Source: Octopus sinensis
Lineage: Eukaryota
DNA length: 64,000 nucleotides
Assembly (NCBI RefSeq): GCF_006345805.1
Contig: NC_043011.1
Coordinates: 7,874,001-7,938,000, forward strand
Reading direction: 5' to 3'
Shown here: positions 1 to 10,659 of the stretch, one piece after another
Layout of the letters: each line of letters starts with the position of its first letter
Numbering within the stretch: the first letter of the stretch is position 1
Position numbers and translations under genes: made by a program
The notes under the pieces: model-generated
Told to the model about the DNA's origin: nothing
The model's database searches: none
Seen by the model: the letters and a program-made list of their open reading frames with translations, nothing else

Positions 1-108
1 GACTAAAGGCAGTGCTCCAGCATGGCCACAGTCAAATGACTGAAACAAGTAAAAGAGTAAAAGAATACACACAAACGTATGCACGCTTACACACATACAT
101 ATACATAT

Positions 109-280
109 AGGCGTAGGAGTGGCTGTGTGGTAAGTAGCTTGCTTACCAACCACATGGTTCCAGGTTCAGTCCCACTGCGTGGCACCTTGGGCAAGTGTCT
201 TCCAATATAGCCTCAGGCTGACCAAAGCCTTGTGAGTAGATTTAGTAGAGGGAAACTGAAAGAAGTCCGCGTATATATGT

Positions 281-329
<49 letters not shown>

Positions 330-1095
330 AATGTAATATGTGACAATTATTGGTAGCCAAGATAAAACTCTGAGTTTCAGATGCCGAGGTGGAAATTCAC
401 ACCACCATCTCTTCAGCATCTGAAACTCAGAGTTTTATCTTGGCTACCAAATAATTGTCACATATTACATTTACAGATAAATTCCTCTATTCACATAATA
501 TCGAGGTCTCTTTCTTTCTTTTGTTATCTTACCGTTTTTATCTCTCTCTCTCTCTCTCTGTATATATATATATATCATCATCATCATCATCATCATCGTT
601 TAACGTCCGTTCTCCATGCTAGCATGGGTTGGACGGTTCGACCGGGGTCTGGGAAGCCAGAAGGCTGCACCAGGCTCCAGTCTGATCTGGCAATGTTTCT
701 AGAGCTGGATGCCCTTCCTAACGCCAACCACTCCGTGAGTGTAGTGGGTGCTTTTTACGTGCCACCTGCACAGGTGCCAGGCGAGGCTGGCAACGGCCAC
801 GGTCGGATTGGTGCATTTTACGTGCCACCTGCACGGAAGCCAGTCGAGGTGGCGCTGGCATCGGCCACGATTCAGATAGTGCTTTTTACGTACCACCAGT
901 CCAGGGGTCCTGGCATCTGCCGGGTGCCAGTCATAGGATTGGTTCAATTTCGATTCCGATTTCGATTTCGATTTCACTTGCCCCAACAGGTCTTCGCAAG
1001 CAAAGGGGGTTGGCATGGGTGCCTGTCGTCAGATGAGGTTCGATATCGACTTCGCTTGCCTCAACAGGTATTTGTGTGTCCAAGGGAGGAAAGGC

Positions 1096-1141
<46 letters not shown>

Positions 1142-1373
1142 ATGCATGTGTGTGTATATGTTTGTGTATCTATGTTTGTCCCCCACAACATCGCTTGACA
1201 ACCGATGCTGGTGTGTTTACGTCCCCGTAACATAGCGGTTCGGTGAAAGAGACTGATAGAATAATTACTAGGCTTGCAAAGAATAAGTCCTGGGGTCGAT
1301 TTGCTTTACTAAAGGCGGTGCTCCAGCTTGACCACAGTCCAATGACTGAAACAAGTAAAACAGTAGAAAGAGT
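109..1373 (+). mobile_element. tRNA-derived SINE (family A), split by a foldback element and an RTE 3' fragment
   Basis: Head aggcgtaggagtggctgtgtggtaag...ggttcagtcc at 109-260; tail ...gactgaaacaagtaaaa at about 1155-1373. More than 20 further copies or fragments, e.g. 7718-8095(+), 9190-9585(-), 10395-10810(-), 28532-28922(-), 34672-35025(+), 39205-39590(+), 40468-40872(-), 42340-42695(-). Confidence 0.85.
327..474. repeat. Foldback element: about 58-bp inverted arms with a hammerhead-like core on the - strand
   Basis: Arms 327-384 and 416-474 differ by one indel. The - strand reads CTGAAGA-gatg...catc-t-GAAA-ctcagag-tt. Confidence 0.7.
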
Positions 1374-3154
1374 ATGATACCAAAGCAAATTTTACATCAC
1401 AACTTTATTGAAAATTTTGTACTTAATTCATCAACCCCGAAAAGATGAAAGGCAAAGTCGACCATGGCAGAATTTGAACTCAGAATGTATAGAAATACTA
1501 CTAAGCATTTTGCCTGGCATGCCAACATTTCTGCCAGCTCGTACAAATGCACACACACACACACAAACACACGAACACACACAAACACATACATACATGT
1601 ACAAACACACACACACACACGAACACACAAACACATACATACATGTAAACACACACACACAACCCCCCCCCCCACACACACACACACACAAACACATACA
1701 CGCACATATATCCCTGAAAATTTCATATCCATCATCAGCGTTACTAAATACATTCGCAAGTATTTCAGGAATTATCTTCCGCACGGCTAATTAATTAATT
1801 GCATTCTTTAAGTTCGTATAATCTATTCCTTCGTCTGGGAGACAGAAGTAGAGAAAATGCCCTGCAGCCAAATTGAGAAAAGCTGTGATGGTCAGATAAG
1901 GAAGGAGAAGGAAATTATTAACAAAATTATAAATTTAATCACTTCACATATGTTAAATATGTGAAACACAAATGAAAAATGTTATAGGTATATATATATA
2001 TATATATATAATATATGTATGTGTGTGTGTATACATTTGGATGTCTGTGTTTGTCCCCCCCAACCGATGCTGGTGTGTTTACGTCCCTGTAACTTAGTGG
2101 TTCAGCAGAAGAGACTGATAGAATAAGTACTAGGCTTACAAAGAATAACTCCTAGGGTCGATTTGCTCAACTAAAGGTGGTGCTCCAGCATGGCCACAGT
2201 CAAATGACTGAAACAAGTAAAAGAGTATACATTACATCATCATGATTGTTTAATGTCTGTCTTGCATACTAATAGGGGTTGAGCTATTTCAAGGGACTCA
2301 AAAGGGCCGAGGACTGCATCAAACTCCAGTATCTACTTTGGGTGGAGGCGCATGGCTTAGTAGTTAGGTTGTTAGAGTCCTAATCACAAGGTTGTAGTTT
2401 CAATTCCTGGAACAAGATATGCATTATGTTCTTGAGCAAAACGCTTCATTTCGCATCGCATCAGTGCACTCGGCTGGCAAAAAAGAGTAAACCTACAGTG
2501 GACCAGCAACCCGTCCAGGTGGGGAATATATACGCCACAGAAACCAGCCATATGATTCTGTGGAGACACATAGCTTAGTGGTTAGGGTATTGGACTCCTA
2601 ACCATAATTTGTGGTTTCAATTCCTGACCCAGACGACACACGTTGTGTTCTTGAGCAAAACACTTCATTTCATGTCGCTCCAGTCCACTCAGCTGGCAAA
2701 GGTGAGTAACCCTGCGTTGGACTGGCATCCCATCCAGTTGGTGAATATACACGCCGTGGAAATCGGGTAATCGCCCCCTTATGCGACAGCATGACTCAAG
2801 AAGGTAACTTCCATCTACTTTGGTTTCAACGGTTGGATGCCCTCCCTAATGCCAACCACTTTACAGAATCAACATGGTGCTTTTTATGTGGTACCTGCAT
2901 TTGGGAAATTGCCATGCAACTCACAAGGACTGAGGATCCAGGCTTCCTTCAGTTTCCATCCATCGAGTCTATCCAGAAAGCTTTGCTCTGACTTAAGCTG
3001 TAGTCAGCCCAGGGCAATTGCACAAGCCACTTGCCCAAATCACCGCAGAGCGGGACTGAACCCAGAACCATGGGGCTGGGAAGCAAACTTCTTACCACAC
3101 AGCCATATCTACACATCTATTCTTTTATTCATATGACTCAAGTACTTGAGGGTT

Positions 3155-3298
3155 TACATTATTTACATTTGATGGATATTCGTTCCTCGTCTTGTTTGTT
3201 GTTAACACAATGTTTCGGCTGATATACCCTCAAGCTTTCATCAGATGTCTTGGGGAAATTTCAAACCTGGGTTCTCATTCCAAAGGTATTTTTTGATG

Positions 3299-3329
<31 letters not shown>

Positions 3330-3473
3330 CATTATTATTATTATTATTATTACATATTTTTCAATGTTGTTGTTATTATTATTCAGGTCACTGCTTGGAA
3401 CTGAACTCGGAATCTTGAGATTAGTAGCCTGTGCTCTTAACCACTACGTCATATGTTCGATTCCAAGCAGTGA

Positions 3474-3509
<36 letters not shown>

Positions 3510-3680
3510 CGAAAAATACCTTAAGAATGAGAACGCAGATTCGAAATTCCCCAAGACACCTGATGAAGGCTGGAGGGTATATCAGCTGAAACGTTGTGTT
3601 AACAACAAACAAGATGACGACAAATATCTGTCAAATGTAAATAATGTACATAATTCCTCATCTCTTAAATATAGAACTGT
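3155..3680. mobile_element. Palindromic tRNA-headed, hammerhead-bearing non-autonomous element (Penelope-like module), copy 1
   Basis: Inverted arms about 3155-3300 and 3505-3648, (TAT)n/(AAT)n spacers, reversed tRNA-like head 3384-3448, forward B-box remnant 3455-3477, one-sided 3' tail 3649-3680. Confidence 0.75.
3555..3600 (+). ncRNA. Minimal type I hammerhead ribozyme motif (no stem III loop, palindromic ACGU)
   Basis: gacac CTGATGA a ggctg gagggtatat cagct GAAA cg tt gtgtt. Stem I gacac/gtgtt, stem II ggctg/cagct. Related copies: 3204-3250(-), 4726-4771(-), 7628-7673(+). Confidence 0.75.
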
Positions 3681-3798
3681 ACCAGGGGGTTTGCCTGAGT
3701 GTATCATCGTGTTCAAAGTTCAATCCCACATTCCCCTTGGTTCACATCCTGTTGATAAAGTCAGTTCTTTCTCTAATTCCATTGTTCTTTAATTCCAG

Positions 3799-3876
3799 GT
3801 CAAGATTCATACAAGCTATTCCACAGACGCATCTTATAACAGAAAGCAGAAATGGGAGTATACAAAATTACTAGAG
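3799..3876 (+). CDS. ADAM17: ADAM17-like exon ([26 protein letters not shown])
   Basis: ttccag| ... |gtaagt, 78 nt, phase 0-0; resembles the ADAM17 segment ending W.vkmLLE. Confidence 0.75.
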
Positions 3877-6800
3877 GTAAGTCACCCATTTTTATACATG
3901 CTTTGGAACACGGCCATGCTGGGGCTCTATCTGTGACAGTTCTTGCTGACCATATCAACCTTAGTTGTTTTTGTTTACCAACCAACATTGGCAGCCACTT
4001 CATAGTTGCTCTACCTGCTGGAAATAGTAGCCAAACCTCCCACAAATCGCATCCTTTTATCTTGTATAAGGACAGTTCAAGTTAGCTGTTGTAGTTCTAA
4101 TGTAACCTCTAAAGTGATGTAATGGCTGGAATGCCTTCAGTCAGTAAATATGTACTGGCGCTAATCTCATTCATCAAAATTTCTAAAGTTCACTTTGGAG
4201 TTAAATGATTTAATACCACAAGGTATTTTTTATTAATCAGTGTTTCGCTTTTTGTTCAGCCTTCTTCTAGCAACACGCATACGTACCTGTATGTATGGTG
4301 CACTCATGATTGCTAGATTCTGGGTTCAATTTCTAGATCGGTCGGTGCATTGTGTTTTTGAACAAAACACTTCATCTCATGTTGCTCTGTGATCACTTCG
4401 ACACCTGACGCATGGCACACCTGACGCATGGCACACCGTGACACCTCTTCAAACAACTTCAATTTGATGGAAAGAGTGAGCTAGTGTGCAGGCATGAACA
4501 TTTGATCACTATAAACAAATCGTTTGTGCAATTTGTTTGGGAAAAACTGAACACTCATACGTTGTCTTTGATGGGGGAGTCCATCAAATATATACACAGG
4601 GTGATTCAAAAGTCGCCATACACAGGAACAATTTATCTTTTTATAAGAAATAGTTTTTTTATTTAACAGGCTCTATATGCATTATTTACATTTGACGGAT
4701 ATTTGACCTCATTTTGTTTGTTGTTAACACAACGTTTCGGTTGATATATCCTCCAGCCTTCATCAGGTGTCTTGGGGAAATTTCGAACCTGGTTTCTCAC
4801 TCCTAAGGTATTTTTTGATGTTATTATTATTGCGTAGTGGTTAAGAGCACAGGCTACTAACCCCAAGATTCTGAGTTCGATTCCAGGCAGTGACCTGAAT
4901 AATAATCATCATCGTTTAGCGTCCGCTTTCCATGCTAGCATGGGTTGGACGGTTCGACCGGGGATCTGGGAAACCAGAAGGCTGCACCAGGCTCCAGTCT
5001 TATCTGGCAATGTTTCTACGGCTGGATGCCCTTCCTAACGCCAACCACTCCGTGAGTGTAGTGGGTGCTTTTACGTGCCACTGGCACATGTGCCAAGCGA
5101 GGCTGGCAATGGCCACAATTGGATGGTGCTTTTTACGTGCCACCGGCACGAGGCCAGTCGGGGCGGCACTAACAACGGCCACATTCAGATGGTTTTCTTA
5201 CGTACCACCGGCACTGGTATCACAGCTGCAATTTCCATTGATGTTGATCGATTCTCACTTGCCTCAACAGGTCTTCACAAGTAGAGTTTTGTGTCCCAAG
5301 ACAGAAAGGTATGCATAAGTGGACTGGCTACATCCCAGGTAGAGGCCATGGGTTATGGTCTCACTTGTCCTGCCGGGTCTTCTCATGCACAGCATACTTC
5401 CATAGGTCTCGGTCTCTAGTCATTTCCTCGGTGACACCTAAAGTTCAAAGGTCATACTTCACTACCTCGTCCCAGGTTTTCCTGGGTCTACCTCTTCTAC
5501 AGGTTCCCTCAACCACTAGGGTGTGGCACTTTTTCACACAACTATCTTCATCCATTCTCGTCACATGACCATACCAGCGCAAACATCTCTCTTGCACACC
5601 ACAACTGATGCTTCTTAGGTTCAACTTTTGTCTCAAAGTACTTACACTCTGTCGAGTATGAACACTGACATTACACATCCATCGGAGCATACTGGCTTCA
5701 TTTCTTGCGAGCTTACGCATATCCTCAGCAGTCATGGCCCATGTTTCACTGCCATGTAGCATGGCTGTTCGTACACATGCATCATACAGTCTGCTTTTAC
5801 TCTGAGCGAGAGGCCTTTTGTCACCAGCAGAGGTAAGAGCTCTCTGAACTTTGCCCAAGCTATTCTTACTCTAGCTGTTACACTTTCAGCACACCCGCCC
5901 CCACTACTGACTTGGTCACCTAGGTAACGGAAGCTATCAACTATTTCTAGCTTTTCTCCCTGGAATGTGGCGGAAGTTGGTCTCAGAGCATTTTCAGCGT
6001 TTATTGCTCCTGAGCATCTGCCACATACAAAAACTGTCTTCCTAGTTAGCCTTCCTTTGACATTGCTGCACCTCTTATGTGTCCATAGCTTACACTTGGT
6101 GCATCTTATAGAGTTTCTACCTACGCCTTTTCTACAGATCGAGCAGGGCCATCTACCTGAAGGCATTTGTGATTTGTCTACCTTCCTACTTATTAAGACT
6201 TTGGTTTTAGCTAGGTTGACTCTAAGGCCCTTCGATTCAAATCCTTGCTTCCACACCTGAAACTTCTCCTCGAGTTCTGATAGTGACTCAGCAATTAGAG
6301 CAAGGTCATCAGCATAGAGGAGCTCCCAGGGGCATCCCGTTTTGAATTCCTCCGTTATTGCCTGGAGGACTATGATAAATAGGAGGGGGCTGAGGACTGA
6401 ACCTTGGTGGACCCCTACCTCTACCCGGAATTCTTCACTGTACTCGTTGTCAGCTCTCACCTTACTAGCAGTGTCCCTGTACATGGCTCGCACAGCTCTC
6501 ACTAACCATTCATCTATCCCTAGTTTCCTCATTGACCACCAGATGAGGGATCGGGGGACCCTATCAAAGGCTTTCTCCATGTCAACGAAAGCCACGTACA
6601 GGGGCTTATCTTTGGCTAGGTATTTCTCCTACAGCTGCCTTACCAGGAATATAGCATCAGTGGTCTTTCCCTGGCACGAACCCAAACTGCATCTCATCTA
6701 AACTAACTCTCTCTCTCTAATTAGTTGGGCTATGACCCTCTCCGTAACCTTCATCACCTGATCCAACAGCTTGATACCTCTGTAATTATTTGTATCTAGG

Positions 6801-7526
6801 GCATCACCTTTACCTTTGTAGCAGTTGACTAGTATGCTGCTACACCAGTCCTTGGGTATGACTCCTTCGTGTATCACCTGATTAACTATATGGGTGACTA
6901 GGCTATAGCCGACACTACCAGATATTTTGAGCATCTCAGCAGTGATTCCTGATGGGCCTTGGACTTTCCCTGTCTTCATGCTTCTAATTGCCTTAACTAC
7001 TACTTTCTTTATTCAGCAACCTTTCATAGTGGTGTTTCCAAGCCTCTCTCTTTGCATCCTCATTTAGCACAAGTGAGCCATGATACATGCGAACACATTT
7101 CTCTCCTACCACATCATGATTCTCTCTCACACACTGTCTTGCAACACGAAATACCTCAAGTCTTTGGTCCTCACGGCACAGAACATTGGCAAATTTTTTC
7201 TTTTCTGCTTCCCCTCTGGTTAAATAGACCTGTCTCCTAGCTTCTCTTTTGGTAGTCTGATACAATTCCCTGCTACCCCCATTTTTCCAGTTCTTCCAAG
7301 CCTGTCTCTTTTCTCTAATAGCCCTGTCTACAACATTGTTCCACCACCACGTTATTTTGGGTCGAGAGGGGACTTTGCACCAGCCACAGATCTGGTCAGT
7401 GGCTCTCAGCAGGTTGTCCCTTAGAAACCGCCAGTTGTCTTCTACCCCATGTGAAGCTATATCCCGTTCTACTTCGTTAAAGGCTTCAAGTAATATGTAA
7501 TAATAATAATAATAATGATGATGATG

Positions 7527-7575
<49 letters not shown>

Positions 7576-10500
7576 TAACATCAAAAAATACCTTAGGAAT
7601 GAGAACTCGGGTTTGAAATTTCCCCAAGATACCTGATGAAGGCTGGAGGGTGTATCAGCTGAAACATTGTGTTAACAAGAAACAAAATGCAGACAAATAT
7701 CCGTAAATGTAAATAATATAGGCGCAGGGTGTGGTAAGCAGCTTGCTAACCAACCACATGGTTCCGGGTTCAGTTCCACTGCGTGGCACCTTGGGCAAGT
7801 GTCTTCTACTGTAGCCCCGGGCCAACCAATGCCTTGTGAGTGGATTTGGTAGATGGAAACTGAAAGAAGCCCGTCGTATATATGTATATATATGTGTGTC
7901 TGTGTTTGTCTCCCTAGCATTGCTTGACAACCGATGCTGGTGTGTTTACGTCCCCGTAACTTAGCGGTTCGGCAAAAGAGACCGATAGAAAAGGTACTTG
8001 GCTTACAAAGAATAAGTCCCGGGGTCGATTTGCTCGACTAAAGGCGGTGCTCCAGCATGGCCGCAGTCAAATGACTGAAACAAGTAAAAGAGTAATGTAA
8101 ATGATTCCTCATCTCTTAAATATAGAACTGTAGGCTCTATGTGGTGACCCCTGTTTTGAACACACATTGCAATACGTTGACCCCAACTCATTGTGAACTC
8201 GTAATCGCACATCTGGGGATACTTGTGCAAAGGGGTTGGTGATGCGTTCCTTCAAATGATTTAGGTCTTTTATCTTTCCGCGATACACCGTGCCTTTCAA
8301 ATGCCCCCAAAGATAAGAATCAAGAGGGGTCAGATCAGGGCATCTAGGGGATCTTATAAACTGTTTCTTATAAAAAAATAAATTTTTCCTATATATGGAG
8401 TCTTTTGAATCACCTGTATTTATATGTGTGTATGCCACAAGTGGAACTGAACCTGGAACTATGTGGTTGCTAAGAGCTTCTGGTACCACTTTAACATGTG
8501 ATCTACCTAGCCATTTATACTTTTGCTACAGTCTAACCCTAACCTTAATCCTAAACCCAGTTTAACCCTAAAATCTTATCCTAAACCCTAACCCTAAACT
8601 CTAACCTTAAACCTTAAAACCTACCCCTATACCCTAAAACCAAATCCTAACCCTATACTTTAACCATAACCTTAAACCCTAACCTTACTGTAATCCTTAT
8701 TCCTAACTATAAAACCTAACCAAAGCCCTGTACTGTTACCCTAACTATAAAACATGACCCTAACGCTTAACCCTAATTCTAAAATGTCACATTATATCTT
8801 AACCCTAAACTGTAACCTTAAACCCTAAAATCTAATCCTAAAACCAAATCCTAACCCTAAACTATAACCTTAAACCCTAAAATCTAATCCTAAAACCAAA
8901 TCCTAACCCTAAACTATAACCTTAAACCCTAAAATCTAATCCTAAAGCCAAATCCTAACCCTAAACTATAACCTTAAACCCTAAAATCTAATCCTAAAAC
9001 CAAATCCTAATCCTAGACTGTAACCTTACACCCTAAAACCTAATCGTAAACCCTAATCCCTAACCCCAAAACCCTAAACTGTAACGTAGATCAGGTCATT
9101 TCACAGCATAAAATTATACTGTGGTCGCCTGCTTGCTAGAGCAGCAATGAGGTTCTTGACCACACAGCCATGTCTGCATCTGTTACTCTTACTTTCTTTT
9201 ACTTGTTTCAGTCATTTAACTGCGGCCATGCTGGAGCACCGCCTTTAGTCGAGCAACTCAACCCCAGGACTTATTCTTTTAAGCCTAGTACTTATTCTAT
9301 CAGACTCTTTTGCCGAACCGCTAAGTAACAGGGGCATAAACACACCAGCATTGGTTGTCAAGCAATGCTAGGGGGACAAACACAGACACAAACACATACA
9401 CACACATACATATATATACATATATACGACGGGCTTCTTTCAGTTTCCGTCTACCAAATCCACTCACAAGGCATTTGTCGGCCCGGGGCTATAGCAGAAG
9501 ACACTTGCCCAAGATGCCACGCAGTGGGACTGAACCCGGAACCATGTGGTTGGCTAGCAAGCTACTTACCACACAGCCACTCCTGCACCTGTCTGCATCT
9601 GTTGTGTATTTTTTTTTTATTTCATGTTTGTATTTATATTATTTATTTTATTTATTTGTTCCTTCCTTTTCTGTTGTTTTTCCATCTCACAGAAGTTTAG
9701 CTGGGATGCCCGGTTCAATCACTATTGCCTTGCTCACCTTTTCACTTTTCAAAAATTCCAAGACGGGGTCCTCGGATTGGCATATATAGCATCACAACGT
9801 CTTAACACAGTCGGAGGTATTTGCTCATCACGTAAGTAATCTTTCTTCTCATTGGTCAGTTATTTAGACAGTTTGATCGACTGGCTGGTTGGTTGGTCAG
9901 TTTGTTGGTCAGTCAGTCTTTTCGTTGACCAGTTGGTCAGTTGGTTGGTTTTGTTGATCGGTTGGTTGGTTGGTTGGTTGGCTGGTCGGTTGGTCAGTTT
10001 GTTGGTCAGTCAGTCTGTTCGTTGACCAGTTGGTTGGTTTTGTTGATCGGTCAGTTGGTCGGTTAGTCATTTGGTTGACTGGTCATTTGGTTGATCACCT
10101 GTTAGGTTAGTTAGCTGTTTGGTCAGTCAGTTGGTTAGTGAGTCTGTCGATTGAAAAGTCAGTCAGTCCGTCAGTAGCTTTTTAAGTGGAGCTTGTCTCA
10201 GTTGCCATTTGGTAATTATAACACACCCTCTAGAGGCAGAAATGATTTCAATAAGTGATAATTTTATGTTGTATGGTATTTGATATACCTGTATTAGTCT
10301 GTTGTTTAAATACATGCCATAGTCAGTCTGAGATGTTTCTCATAACTCTTTTTTTTTGTTTAAACATTTATCATCGACACCAGTCATATCTCTCTTTACT
10401 CTTTTATGTGTTTCAATCATTTGACTGCGGCCATGCTGGAGCACTGCCTTTGCTCGAACAAATCGACCCCGGGACTTAATCTTTGTAAGCCCAGTACTTA

Positions 10501-10595
10501 TTCTATTGGTCTCTTTTGCCGAACTGCTAAGTGACGGGGACGTAAACACGCCAGCATCGGTTGTCAAGCAATGTTGGGGTGGGGAACAAACACAG

Positions 10596-10659
<64 letters not shown>

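Larger units (their letters stand above)
4597..8416 (-). mobile_element. Internally deleted Tc1/mariner-superfamily DNA transposon hosting nested insertions
   Basis: About 60-bp imperfect TIRs (cagggtgattcaaaag... at 4597; ...cttttgaatcacctg|ta at 8416); transposase remnant [24 protein letters not shown] near 8150-8360. Confidence 0.75.

Noticed and set aside
1740-1930. Possible additional upstream ADAM exon in unique-looking sequence
   Set aside because: I found no open frame with suitable splice sites or ADAM similarity; the earlier exons are probably outside the window.
4832-4897. tRNA-like sequences here and in the SINE heads
   Set aside because: They have A/B boxes but no complete cloverleaf with an acceptor stem that I could fold, and they continue into repeat bodies, so they are not called as tRNA genes.
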